NCBI GenBank assembly: GCA_002104905.1
Contig: MCFE01000140.1
Location: 93,189 to 157,188, forward strand
Origin: Basidiobolus meristosporus CBS 931.73
Lineage: Eukaryota; Fungi; Basidiobolomycota
Reading direction: 5' to 3'
Length of the DNA stretch: 64,000 nt
In this document: piece by piece, positions 1 to 13,700 of the stretch
Layout of the letters: each line of letters opens with the position of its first letter
How positions within the stretch are numbered: position 1 is the stretch's first letter
Position numbers and translations under genes: made by a program
Notes under the pieces: generated by a model
Seen by the model: the letters and a program-made list of their open reading frames with translations, nothing else
Databases searched by the model: none
Told to the model about the DNA's origin: nothing

Positions 1-3000
1 GGGACCTTCCTTAACCTATTCTGTGTGTCTGTTATGCCAAGACCATGTAAAAGTATAAATACAACTTTTACATTCAGTAAATTACTAAGTGAAAACTACA
101 AAATCTACTTGTTCTCCCAATCACTTCCAATATCTCCAAGACTCTTACAACAGGTTATGAGCCCCAAGCTCTCACTCTCTGCAATGTCTACCAATGCTGT
201 AACTGGAACTTTTTGCTCTGCTAAAAAGTTGGATGGATCCAACTACCAAGTGTGGAAGGTGAAGATGAAGATGCTGCTACAAGAAAGAGGCCTTTAGGAT
301 ATTGTCATGGGAGGAGAATGCCCTCCTAAAAATGTGACAGAGGAAGCCTTAAAGTACCAGAAGAAAGAACAAAGTGCCTATAACAGCATTTGCCTTAATG
401 TTAAAGACAAATTGCTAATTTAATGCTCACAAGTAAAAATGGCAAAGAATGCCTGGAAGGCATTGGAAGACACCCACCAGTCATGTTTAGATGCTAAGAA
501 ATGTATCTGAGACAAAAATTCCTTACTACAAAGATGCTGCCAGGAGATGAAATGAAAAATCTAATTAGCAGAGTTACACTGCTGGTATATGAGATGGAAT
601 CTGTGGGTGTACCAAATACTGATGAGGATGTGTCAGTTATCATCCTGAATAGACTGACAGACAGGTTTCAGGGCCTTGTATCAGCCCTAGAGTCCAGAAC
701 TGATGATTTGACCTTAAATTACATATGTGGGAGGCTCCTGGATGAAGAATTAAGAAAGTCGAGCACCAATAAGAAGGAAGAGAAATATGCTTTAATATGC
801 AATGCCAACCAAAAGAGGAGGTACCCAGGACCCTAAAAAGACAACAGCAACCTGATTTGCAACTGCTGCAAAAGGAAAGCACACACATCAGACCAGTGTC
901 TCAAAAGGAGAGATAATCAGCAAAAGAAGCCTAATATGGAAATGCTGTAACAACTGAAGATAGACTATTCATATCTGCACTAAGTATGACCACAAACAGG
1001 AACTCTCAGATGTGGTACATTGACCCTGGAGCATCTCAACACTTTACACACCAAAAAGAGCTTTTTACCCAATATCAAGAATTTCCAATTAAGAAGGTTT
1101 TCATTGGTGATGATAGAACACTTGATGCAGTGGTAGAAGGAGCTATCCAAGTAAGCCTTAGAAGCAGTGAAGGAAGCCATACACCAACCTTTAAAGAAGT
1201 ACTCTATGCACTAGAAATAGCCAAGAACGTACTATCTGTAAGCAAGGCCACTGCAGAAGGACTCAGTTTCAGCTTTGACAAGTCTGGATGAAAGATCACT
1301 GATCAAAATGATGCCCATATTGCTTTGGGTATCAGAGATTAGAATCTATACAAGTTGGCTTATATTCAATCAAATTTGGAAGCCAATCTTAGTAACTTAA
1401 ATGAAGAAACACCAATGCTTTGGCACGGGAGATTTGGGCACATCAATTTTGATTATTTACACAAAATGATCAAAGATCAGCTAATATCTGGAGTAAAAAT
1501 TGATCCCCAGCTAATTTGGAGCACTGTGAAGCCTGCATATATGTGAGACAAGCCAGACAACTGTTCAAGAGCTCTGGGTTGATCAAAACTAAGAACATAT
1601 TAGCTCTAATTTACCCAGATCTGTGTGGACCTATGCAAAATATATCCTTAGGTGAGATGAAGTATTTAAACACTTTTATTGATGAGTATACAAGATACAT
1701 GTGGGTTTACTTCATGGAAAGAAAGGAAGAAGCTCTGTCTAAGCTCAGGGAGCTCAAAGCCATGGTGGAGGGAGAAACTGGTGAAAAAATCAAGAAAATA
1801 CGCTCTGTCAAAGGTGGAGAATATACCTCAAATTTCTTCATCCACTTCTGCAAAATTCATGGGATAACGCAAGAGACTACTGTACCATACTCCCCACAGC
1901 AAAATAAAATGGCAGAATATGCTAACAGATCAATAATTGATAAGGCAAGATCTATGATCCATGATCAAAAATTGTCCTATAATTTTTGGGTGGAATCAAT
2001 TGCCACTGCTGTATACCTTAAAATAGGAGTTTTAACAGAATACTTTGTAAATCTACTCCATTTGAAGCATGGTATGGATATAGACCAAGTGCAGAACATC
2101 TAAGAATATTTGGGTGTATAGCATATGGCAAGAAACTGCCTGGAAACCAGCCAAACTTGAACTAAAAAGTGTAAAGTGCATATTTTTGGGCTACTGCAAT
2201 GAGAGTGCAGCACACAGACTCTACAATACCAAAGGAAAGGCACTAATCAAGTCCAGGGATGTGTTGTATGATGAAATTCTAAATTTTTGTAAGATATGAC
2301 AGCAGATGATGATAAAAATCTGATCTCAAGTCCACCAATTGTCAGGATTGAATCAGAACAAAACAATGAAAGTTTTTTCACTCCAGAGGACTCTTCAACC
2401 ATAGTTTAGCCAGAATCAGTGCCCAGGAATATTCTAGAAGTGATCATTCCAGTATCAGATGCCAGGAGATCCAATCAGACAAGAAATAGACCAAAATTAC
2501 TATATCAATGAGGGTGCAAACTTAGCCTATGCCTATTCAGTCCATATTGATGAGATCCAGACTGTAAAAGAGGCCCTAAATAGTCCTCAGACAAAGTTTT
2601 GGAGATCAGCAATGACTGATGAATATCAGGCCCTGATGGAAAATCAAACTTGGGACTTGGTCAAATTACCAATCAACCAAAAATCAATTGGATGCAGATG
2701 GACTTTAAGACAAAATGCAAGGCTGATGATACAAGTGAAAGATAAAAAGCAAGACTTGTGACCAAAGGATACTCTCAAACAAACAGACTTGACTATACTG
2801 AGACCTTTGCACTGGTAGCCAAGTTTAATTCCATCAGATTAATATTGGCTATTGCAGCCAAATATAGGTTTTTTATTCATCAAATGGATGTAAAAACGGC
2901 ATTTTGAATGGAGAACTTGATGAGGATGTGTATATGGACCAGTCTGATGGGTTTTTTGACCATGATAATCCCCATTTGATCTGCAAGCTTATAAAGTCTC

Positions 3001-4478
3001 TGTATGGTTTAAACAATCACCAAGAGCCTTCAATTGCAGGATAGATTCTTATTTGGAATCTTTGAATCTCAAAAGGGGTAATGCTGACTATAATATATAC
3101 TATAAGCCAGATAGAGCGGATCCAGTTTTATTAGCTCTACCTGTGGATGATCTCATTATAGCCACCAATAACCTAGAAGCATTGGAAGCGACCAAATCCA
3201 GCCTATCTAAGGAGTTCAAGATGTCCAATCTAGGAGAACTCAGTTACTACTTACGGATTAAGTTCTCCATAGACAGAAGTACCCAGACTATCACCCTAAG
3301 CCAATCCAAGTATATTCAAGATAAACTAAAGAAGCACCAAATGGAAGACTGTTAACTGGCAGTTGCTCCAATGTAGATACATCTTAACTTGGTCAAAACT
3401 CAATCAAATCAAGAGAGCTAGGTGCCATCTGAAAGCCCTGCCTTCCTTATCAATCTATAGTTGGCATTCTGATGTATATCATGCCTGGAACATATCCAGA
3501 TATCTCATATTCAGTGGGAGTTGTCAACCAGCATAATCAGAACTATGGATCTGATCATATTGCAGTAGTAAAGTGGATTTTTGGATACCTAAAAGGAAAT
3601 ACTGATATCTACTTGAGATACACTTATAAGGATTCAGAACAGGATCTTGTGGGATACTCTGATGCTGATTGGGGACAAAATTTAGAAGACAGAAGATCCA
3701 CCACAGGATACACCTTACTTGACTGTAAAGGAGCAATTTCATGAAATTCAAGATAACAACCAACCATAGCACTTTCTACCACAGAGACAAAGTGCATGGC
3801 AGCCTGTGATGTTACAAAAGAAGCAATGTGGTTAAGAAAGATTTTCACAGATATAGGCCTATGTTAAAAAAATCCTATTACTTTATTTCAAGATAATCAA
3901 GGTTGTATACAGTTAGGTAGAAATCCAACTTTTCATACTAGAACTAAGTACATAGATATTAGGCATAATTTCATATGTAAAGATATAGAGAATAACTTAG
4001 CTAGCTTAGTTTACTATCCTACAGATGAAATGATTGCAGACATATTTGCCAAGCCATTAGCTAGAGACAAGTTTGAACATCTTAGGTCAGAGTTAGGACT
4101 AGTCAGTATGAACATTTAGCTGAGAGGGGTGTTGTAAAAGTTTGTAATTCTACCCAAATATTCACCTAACTTAGTCACTTAGATCATTAACTTCAAATCC
4201 TAGAGAATACTGACTAAATTTCTTGTTAGGATTTACTTAGAATATTTTCACCAAAATACCAGGTGCCCAGAACATGAAAATTCTCAAGGTTGTCCAAACA
4301 GCCCCAAGCTTTGCACACATGTTATTGGGACCTTCCTTAATCAATTCTATGTGTTTGTAATGCCAAGACCATATAAAAGTATAAATATTACTTTTACATT
4401 CAATATATCATTAAGCAAATTCAACATAATCTACTTGTCCTCCCAATCACTTCCAATATCTCCAAGACTCTTATAACA
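1..4478 (+). mobile_element. Ty1/copia LTR retrotransposon, degenerate (copy 1): partial 5' LTR 1-152, PBS 153-164, gag-PR-IN-RT-RH remnants ~184-4118, PPT 4122-4129, 3' LTR 4130-4478
   Basis: The LTR ends ...CTTACAACA and is followed by GGTTATGAGCCC. ORF fragments carry gag (KLDGSNYQVWKVKMK), protease (WYIDPGASQH), integrase (DLCGPM, TPYSPQQN-like), RT (LPVDDLII) and RNase H (GYSDADW). The order is IN before RT, with many stops and frameshifts. The 349-bp 3' LTR runs TGTTGT...ATAACA. Confidence 0.95.
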
Positions 4479-4489
4479 AAAACAACATT

Positions 4490-6850
4490 CACACTCTGGA
4501 TATATTCCAGTAATACCCCATCTAAAGAAGCTCTTGCAGTCCAACAAGTACTGCAAAGCTTAAAGTACTGCACTTAGTATTAATCAAGCACCAACATATC
4601 CAATATATTCAATGGCAAACTTTACAAGCAGCTAAGAAGCAAGGGCTACTTTGAAGGTATGTATTACTATGCCTTTGTTTTAGCACTTGATGAGTTCTCA
4701 TTAAGCAAGTACTCTATCAGCAAATCCTGCTAGCCACTGATTCTCATCAACCTGAATTTGCCACCTATTTTACCATATCTGGGCAAAAATCTGATGGTGG
4801 TCTCACTGGTATCTGGGCCTAAAGCACCTTACTACCTGGATAGCTACCTGCATCTATTTCTGGATGAATTTTGCATGCTTTCCAGCAGGATAACAGTATA
4901 TGACTACCACATCAAAGCGCATATTATTATCTGTATTGGAGTTACCCCAGCCATCAGCAAGCTAGCTAGCTTTTCTGAGCACCATTCATGGTATTGTAGT
5001 CAAATGTGTGAGATATAGGGGACTTACTCCATAACTCACGCATATTATGATTACCCTAGCAGCAACAATAAGAACATTATTTTTCTGCACAGAGAACATA
5101 CAGGAGTCAGCATGCCATTGCAGCAATGTTGGTAAGCTATAAGCCATTGGTCTGAATATGGAATTAATTGGATATCAGATATACTTAAGATAGAGTGTAT
5201 CTATTGTGGCAAAAGCTTTCCACTGGGAGCAATGCATTTGCTTTTCAACAATATCACTTTACTGATAACCAAGTTGTACATGGGGCATTTCAAGCTAAAT
5301 GAGCCCTTTGAGATACACAAGAAATTTGAAGAATTGTCAAGATATTACAGAGTATCCACTACCCTAAGTACTTCTCACAGGCTCCAATCAGCATTTAAAT
5401 GCATATGCAATAATATAAGTGCAAAGAACAGATGAACTGGATATGTATTTATTCAAGAAGTCTTCAGAAGCCATTTCTACCAAGAGTATGTTAGAAGCAT
5501 TGGGAATTGTATGTGGCCATTTTAGGAATATTTATGCAGAAGCAGATAGCTGATGCCAACTTGATGCATTTACATCTCTTGTGCAAAGAGTTTGTGATGG
5601 GATTTGAACAGCTATCCTACAAGCATAGAGCTAAGTGCATGGATTTCTGCTGCTACTGTATTCATTTGCTACTCCATCTTGCTTGGTGTGTTGAGAATAT
5701 TGGAACTTGCTTCACCTTTTGGGATTTCTAAGGAGCCAATATCTGGGTACATAGGAAGAAAAGTCAAGTTGCAGGTACTACCATATCCCAGTCTCATCAC
5801 AAATACTACCTTCAAATCCATCATAAATCTGATGAGTTGGCACATGGAGGACTGCCAGGAGGAGTTGGAAAATACCAAGGGCAGATGTGCACATGAAGAC
5901 ACCTATGCCTATGGCATTAAGAAGCTAAGCAGCCACAATGCATGGGTAATTAGTTAATAATGCAAAGTTGGATTAGATGCAACAGGCAACCAATTTTTAT
6001 TAGGAATGCTCTACTAAGGTATGTTGGATCTCTCTTGGTCACAAGTAAGTTTCTGCTTCATTCAACACAGAATTCACCAAACAAGAGCCAGAATACACCT
6101 ACAAGGGAGACCAGAATCTAACAGGGAGAAGGAATATAATGGCTAAACACCATAGAGTTCTTTGCCGATATTCAGGAGGTATTCACGGAAGAAGTGATGG
6201 GAACTAGTCATATGTTTAAATGATGTATTTGTTACCAGCAATACAAGGTAGATTGCAACTTTGAAAGTATCACACCAAAAAGCTACAAAAATGAGGCAAT
6301 AGAAGTATGTCAATTGCAGCAGGTGTGCACATTTGTAGAGTTTAGTAAGCAGGAGGCCATAGTGTTTTTAGATTCAATCAATATGTGGAATACCCAAGGT
6401 AGTAGTGGGTAAGTAAATAAAGAGGGGTGATTCTACAGTGGAATACATACATTGCACAAGGGGAGGTAGAAAAAGGACATACCATTTGGTAAATTGGTAC
6501 AGTAGCATTATACAGAGCTAGCTGTAGGCTGTCATACTGCTGTAATAATACCATCAGAGGCCTGCAATGAGGCTGTCAAAACACTATTAAGTTTTTTGCC
6601 ACATAGGTCAATTGGATGTACTGGCCAGTGAGATCCACTCAAATAGGTGTAGAACACACTAGGACTGCAACAATGCCATGCCACCCTTGGTAAAATACCA
6701 TACAAACACTGTTATGTTTTTTAACTTTATTTTACTGTAAAATTAGCCAAACACCATTGTGATCCCATCTTAAGAATTTATAGATGATCATTAACTCCAA
6801 GCTGCTGGTATTATAGTGGTCTCCTGATGGGTTCTGTTGTGTTGTATTAT
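4490..6850 (+). mobile_element. CACTA/EnSpm-like (Transposase_21/tnp2-type) transposase remnant, copy 0
   Basis: Fragments such as LILINLNLPP..NLMVVSLVSGPKAP..LDSYL.LFLDEF and LHLLCKEFV.GFEQL match the tnp2-type pattern. The region is the reverse complement of ~11.1-13.0, 16.5-16.8 and 26.9-28.7 kb. No terminal CACTA TIR was located. Confidence 0.75.
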
Positions 6851-7157
6851 GATTAGTTTGGGGCTTGTTCTACAATGTAGAGGCTAATCAACAATATACA
6901 ACAACTTTCAGTATGCTAATACTGAAATAATTTATTGGGAGTTTGATACACCAATAGAAGATGTAACTTTCACTAATATCCTCAATCTTAGGCTCAAAGT
7001 ATACTATAGGCAGTGTTTCTCACTTCTACAGCAGTATTCTGACCTTCTGTTGACTAATGGGCTTATTTACTTTGATAGTAACTTTTCCCTATTTGGAAGT
7101 CACTTTCATTTCCAAGAGAATATTTCCCAGTATGGAAGTTCTGAGCTCCCCTTTAAC

Positions 7158-7372
7158 CTAAAGCGGTGTGTTGTAGAAGTCTCTAAAGGGGTCTTTAGAC
7201 CTAAAGGGGTGTCTAAAGGGGTGTCTTTAGAGTAAAGGGGCTTCTTGTAGTGGTCTCTAAAGTGGACTTTAAACTAATGGGGTGCCAAAAGTGGCTTCTT
7301 TAGAGTAAAGCGGTTTTTTAAAGGGGTCTCTAAAGGGGTGTCTTTAGAGTATAGGGGCTTCTTAGAGGGGAC
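7158..7372. repeat. Degenerate minisatellite built on AAAGGGG(T/C) motifs
   Basis: Recurrent TAAAGGGGTC/TAAAGGGGTG/TAAAGGGGCT/TAAAGCGG motifs at irregular ~10-20 bp spacing. Confidence 0.7.
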
Positions 7373-8199
7373 GTTTCCAACAGAAAGGCAGTAGTTTTGT
7401 GTAGAAATTACATTGGATTCTTATGAGCTTTGCAGTCTCTTTACTGATGTAGTAGCAATCAAAGTCCAAATACTCAACAGTGCAAGTGATGCAGGGGAAG
7501 TCTTGTAGCCTTTAAACTTGTAATTGTAGTGTGAAGATTCTGGAAAGAGAGGCTCTCCTTTATTTTTCAGCTGGGGAAGTCATATATATGAAATTTCTGA
7601 AGGATCAAAGTTTTTGGGCAATTGCACAAGCAATACACTTATACAGAGCTAAAATTTTGCAGTGGCACAGATTAGATATAGGTGCAGCACTTGTGAGAGT
7701 CTCACGTGACTTGATTGGATAGTGCGTAAGTTACATGCAATCAAAGTCACCATAGTAATCCTAGCAATAGTGGCCCAGTACATATAATAATTGGACTCTT
7801 TTTGTCATAACTCCTTAAGCACTGCTTCAAATGAGCTGTGATTTGAAACATGTGTTGGCTACTGTGCGCTCTGTGTGAAATAATATTCTTGGGTGGATTG
7901 CTTGTCATGGTCTGGAATATTTGTCCTTCAAAGTGGTGAATTTGTGATCTTTCACCTGTGTTTTATGATAGCAAAAAGCAAAAAGAAGAAATGAGTGCAA
8001 TATTGGTTTTAAGATATTGTAGTAATGGAATACTTTCCATTACCACAGATCTGGATTGCTGATCCAGATTGGATCTACCTGTGTGACCAAATTATTTCTT
8101 GTAGGGCAGCCAGTATATTGTTAGCTGATGCTAAAGCACTAATGAGGTAATCAGGTGCAGTGGCTAATAGGATAGTTGCAATGGGTTAGAGAAATCAGG

Positions 8200-9528
8200 G
8201 AAGAGTCCAGAGACAAGTTGCTCTCATAATATGTTTAGAGCAATTGTTATCCCAGGACTTAAGTAACTCAACATCATAGACCACAATTGAGCCATTTCCC
8301 AATGTGACAGCAGAGTAACACCTTACAGTCTCTGAAGTACGGCAACAGTGCCCTTAATTAAAGCTCAGAGAAAAATGTATTACAGCCTGGGAGGGAGAGA
8401 CTATGATATTTATATCAAAGACTAAAAATCAAAAGACTTGGAAGATCTGTGAAGCCATTGAGAGCAGTGCTAAGGAGTGGGCTAATATTCAAGAGGCCAT
8501 CAGCAGTCTAGTATCCTATCACCTTAAGGCCAGTATACCATGGGACCACCAGGAGCTCAAGGCAAAGCAGACTGTGCTTGGTTGGTTCTTTGAGCATTAT
8601 CCTGGAGTTAAACAAGCTAACAGATTTGGGCCCGCATTGGTATGCTAAGAAAATATCTCACAAATAGAAAAATCTATCAAGGGCAGAAAACAAGGGTGCC
8701 ACAGCCAAAAACCAGTGCCTTCCAGATAACCTGTCACAAGCAGGGCTACAAACTCTAAACAATCAATAAAGAAGCATCCGGTAGCTGGCAGGGCAATGGT
8801 AAGGGAAAAGCAGGCGGAAATAGATGCATTGGTGCAAAATTTATCAAGGATAAGACTTGGTTCTATATAAAGAGCACTCAGTTAAAGTGGTAGTGAAGAA
8901 CCTGCAGTGATAAAAACCAGTGGCTTTCTCAGGATTCTGTCATCAGAAGGGCTGAAAGCTCAAGACAAGCAGTTAAGAAATGTCAGGTAGCATGAAGGGT
9001 GTTGATCAGGGACAGGCAGGTAGAAACAGATGCACTGGTGCAGACTTTGTGAAGTAGAAGATATGGCTCAATACAAGAAGCACTCTGTCAAAGTACTAGT
9101 GAAAGACAAGGCAGTGAGAAATGTAAAGGTAAAGGGGAACAAGTCTACCCAAGCCAGAGACAGCAAAGTACAAGAAAAAAGCTGCTGCTATCACCAACTG
9201 ACACTGTCAGCCCAGAACAGGCTGTATCACATGATAGCCCCAAATAATACCTACAAGACAACAGCTGCTTTCTTATGAGTTGGAAGCACAACCTATTGAG
9301 CTACACTCCAATGAGGAAGATGAGCTTGCAGAGAAAGGTAACTTGTCTACCATGCCTCCACCCCCTCCATTGTGGAAAGAGGGGATATCCCACTGACAGA
9401 TAAAGCAACAACATCAATAACTTGGATGATATGATAATGCCTACACTGGAACTTAAGAACTACACTAGGCACATCAAATTGTTGCAGCACTTCTTCAAGA
9501 GCAGTGCTCAAGAAAACACGCTTGTATA
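8200..9528 (+). pseudogene. Degenerate partner-ORF region of the CACTA-like repeat (copy A), lacking the solo LTR that copies B and C carry
   Basis: Homologous to 18.4-20.0 kb and 30.8-32.8 kb (EWANIQEA..L..HHLKASIPWDHQEL.AKQ; internal ~207-bp repeat). The empty site GAAGCCATTGAGAG lies at ~8451-8464. Confidence 0.65.
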
Positions 9529-10412
9529 TGTTGTAAAAACATATAATTCCACTCAAGTATTCACTTAGCTTAATCACTTAAATCATTACCTCCAAATCCT
9601 AGAGAATACTGACCAAAATGCTTGTTGGGATTTACCAAGAATATTATCACCAAAATATTAGGTACCCAGAACATGAGAAGCCTTAAAGCTGTTAAAACAG
9701 CCCCTGTCATGATCACATGACAACCACAATCACCCATGTCAAGTTTCAGCTTCCTAGCTCAATTTCTAAGAGATTCCTTCTGGAGCCTTCTACCACCTTC
9801 CAGAAAGTTCCTGACCATTCCAAATCATTGTTACACAATGGAACATTCCATGGAAGCCTCCTATTGTGTTTTTCATAGTCCAGTACCATATATGGAAATA
9901 CCAGGTCACATGACTTAATCACATGATCAGGTGACCCAATCCATTTCCCCCATCTTGTCTCAGTGCCTTGCCTTCAGTATTATTATCACCAGCACTGCTG
10001 CTGTGCCTCACCTCACAACCCCATTAGTATTAGCTAATATCTCCTGGCATCAGTATAGCCAAAAAGTATATATAGTCCTATCCCCCCTTAAGTATTCCTC
10101 AGTCTGATAAACACAGGTCTTGAGTGAACAGCCTTGCCTTGAATCCTGCATTGCCTTGATGGTCCACACCTAAGTCCTTTCCTACCGTGTCTAGCTTTTC
10201 CTCCTGCCTTGTGTCTATTCATAACTGCCCCAAACTTTGCACACATGTTATTGGGACCTTCCTTAGTCTATTCTATGTGTTTTTATGCCAAGAACAAGTA
10301 AAAATATAGATATTACTTTTACATTCAATAAACTATTAAGTGAAAACCACATAATCTACTTGTTCTACTTGTTCTCTCAATCACTTCCAATATCTCCAAG
10401 ACTCTTACAACA
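9529..10412 (+). mobile_element. Copia-family solo LTR (9529-9704 + 10232-10412) split by a nested solo LTR
   Basis: It starts TGTTGTAAAA and ends CTCTTACAACA, and is collinear with the 4130-4478 LTR on both sides of the insert. Confidence 0.9.
9705..10226. mobile_element. 522-bp nested insertion, probably a solo LTR of an unrelated family
   Basis: It is flanked by a 5-bp duplication GCCCC (9700-9704, 10227-10231) that occurs once in the uninterrupted LTR. It starts TGTCATGA and ends TCATAACT, a decayed inverse of the start. Confidence 0.75.
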
Positions 10413-10717
10413 AGAAGAACATGAAGACAACCTTTCAATCCTCAGATGTGACTCAATTTTCAACTGTACTTACCTATACAAGTCCTGATACCTTACACTA
10501 ACACTAAGCCCAACCCCACACTCAACAAGTAACTCCATTAAAATCCACCACTCATTAAGTATCTCTGCTGTAACACCCTGTTTCCATGACTCTGACAGGA
10601 ACCCCATGGCTTTATGTCATTGTTCATTCACTGGTTCCCACATATCCTGGTATTCAGCCACACTGCCAGGTCTAGCAACTCATCAACCAGTCACTGCAGT
10701 AAGTCCTTGCAATATTC

Positions 10718-10740
10718 TGTTGTAAGAGTCTTGGAGATAA
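10718..10740 (-). repeat. Short copia LTR 3'-end fragment in inverted orientation
   Basis: TGTTGTAAGAGTCTTGGAGATA is the reverse complement of the LTR 3' end. Confidence 0.8.
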
Positions 10741-13700
10741 TTAACTAAACTGTATGCATCAAAAGAAAGAGCATTGGGATCAGAGAGTGCAAGAATTTAT
10801 ATAGAACCAATCAAAAGCCACTTTTGTGTTGTTGTAGGACAAACTCTGACCAAGCTTTTTGTGATGTTGGGGGTGAAATTTTTTTAACTTTCTTTGCATG
10901 GTGTCCTCAAGACATTGATATCTCCTAGTTCTGGCATTCAAAACTTGTGATGGCCTTTTGACAGGATTATTGCAATTATTTTACACAGGGGGCTATATAT
11001 CATAAAGATAGTTGCTATGGCACAATACTTTGCAATTCTACTTCATCAAAGGTATGGTATGACTATAATTCAACGCTATGAAAAATAATTTGGTCCCATG
11101 GGTGGATCTAACCCAGATCAGCCATCAAGATCCTGTTTAGAGACTGTCATAGTACCAGCAGCTTGGAATTAGTGACCCTCTTAACAACATTATAACATGA
11201 TCACAAAGGTGTTTTGCAAATTTTGCAACCAAATAAAGGGATAAAACATGACAGATTTTATTGGTGCTGTGACAATAATTCCATGTTAATGTTGCAGTCT
11301 TTTAGCACTCTACAACTATTTTAAGTGGATCCAACTGGCCAGGACATCCAATTGCCTTATATGGCAAGAAACTTGATGGTATTTTGATGGCCTCACAGCA
11401 TGACTCCAATGGCATTACATTGGCAGTATGATGGTCCACAGCTGGTTCTGCATAATGCTATTGTACCAATTTACCAAATGGTAATTCCTTTTTGTACCTC
11501 CCCTTGTACATTTCATATATTCCACTGTAGAATCACCTCCTCTTTATTTGCTTACCCACTACTACCCTGGGTATTCCACATATTTTTTGAATCTAAAAAT
11601 ACTATGGCATCCTGCTTACTAAACTCTACAAATGTGCATACCTGCCACAATTGATATACTTCTATTCCTCAACTTTAGGGCTTTTTAGTATGATACTTGC
11701 AAAGTTGCCATATACCTTGTACTGCTGGTAGCAAATACATCTTGCAAAGATATGCTTGGTTGTTGCCACTTCTGCCATGAATACCTCCTGAATATCTGCA
11801 AGGAACTTCTTGGTATTTAGCCAATATACTCCTTCTCCCTGCTGTATTCTAGTCCCCCTTATAGGTGTGCTCTGGCATTTGTTTGTGTGAACTCCGCACT
11901 GAATGGTGTAGAAGTTGGCTTGTGACCATGGGAAGTCTGGCATACCTTGGTAGAGTTTCCTAATAATGATTAGTTGCTTGTTGCACCCAACCCAACTTTG
12001 CATTACTTAACTGATTACCCACACATTGGGGCTGCTTAGCTTCTTAATGCTATAGGCATAGGTGTCTCCATGTGCACATTTGTCCTGAAATTTTCCAACT
12101 CTTCCTGGCTGTCCTGCATGTGCCCACTCATCACATCCATGATGAACTTGAAGGTAATATTCTTGATGAGACTGGGATAGGGTAGTGCCTGCAACTTGAC
12201 TTGTCTTCCTATCTCCCCACACATCTACTCCATAGGAAACTCCCACAAGGTGCAGCAAGGCTTCATATTCTCCACACACCATGCAAGATGGCGTAGAGTA
12301 TGGGTACAGTAGCAGCAGAGATCTACATGCTCATCTTTATGTTTGTAGTATAGCCGCTCAAATTCTGCCACAAACTCCTTGCACAACAGCTGTAGATACA
12401 TCAAGTTGGTATTAGTGATATGCTTCTGGATAGATATTCCAACAATGTCCACTTATGACCCCCAATGCTTCCAATGTACTCTTGGTAGGAATGGCTTCAG
12501 AATGCCACTGAATAAATACATATCTAATTCATGCAGTTTGTGCATTTGTACTGTGGCATAAGCATATGCATATTTATTGGAGCCCATGAGAAGTACTTAG
12601 GGTAGCGGACACTCTGTAATATCTTGCCCATTCTCTCAGATTTCTCCAGTACCTCAAAGAGTTCATTTAGCTTGAAATGCCCCATGTGCTACTTGGTCAT
12701 CAGTATAGGGATATGGCTGAAAGCAAATGCATTGCTCCCAGTGGAAAGCTTTTGCTCCAACAGATACCCTCTATCTTAAGTGTCTCCAGTTTCCAATTGA
12801 ATTCATATTCTGACCAATGGCTTATAGCTTGCCAACTTTGCTGCAATTGCATGCTGACTTCTCTACATTCTCTCTGTGATAGATGATATTCTCAGTGCTG
12901 GTGTTTGGGTAATATTAATGTGTGTGAGTTATGGAGTAAATCCCCTGGTTTTCACACATTTGACAGCAATACCATCCATTGTGCCTGGAAAAACCTGCTA
13001 TCTTGCTGATGGCTGGGGTATCTCCACTGCAGTTAATAGACTTGTTCCACCGTACCGTGCCAGGGCGCGCAGCGCAATCCGCGGTTGCAAAGAATGATTG
13101 GGCGCAATATTATAGCTACCAGAAGGCAGGATTGTTCTTGGACGATTTTGCACTATGCGGGACAATCTTGCACACTATGGCACAATCTGACACGATGAGG
13201 TTGGCGCGGAAGATCACGCCAACTTGTAATGCTTGCATCACGTGCGCAATCGGATACCGCTATAATGGCAGGTAAAATCTGGTATTTGGATATGTTTCTT
13301 TAATGTAAATGGAAATAAATGTGTATCACACTATAAACTATACTGATACTTACCATTTTGGTTACCCTCACTCCAATTGGACGGTATCTCAGTGGTTAAT
13401 TGGTCCAAAAGTATCCTGAAGCTGGCAGACCCCAATTGGCTCATTGACTACTGAAAAAGCTACCTGATTTGCCATCAAATATCCCATTTTGCCCATTGAG
13501 CAAGTAAATCCCTGATCCTAGTGATTGGGCAAGGTGTCATAGCTAGCACGCAAGCAATTGTGTAGGTGCAAAACAGATCCAATAGCTGCACTGGTATTAC
13601 AGATGACGTATATATATGCAGGGTGTTTATTTATAGGGGTTCTGTCTCAAATGTGAGACAACCTTGATATTACTTATATCAAAAATTTGATGATCACTGA

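Noticed and set aside
7170-7372. CRISPR-like or telomeric array
   Set aside because: No constant repeat with unique spacers, no TTAGGG unit, and a eukaryotic context.
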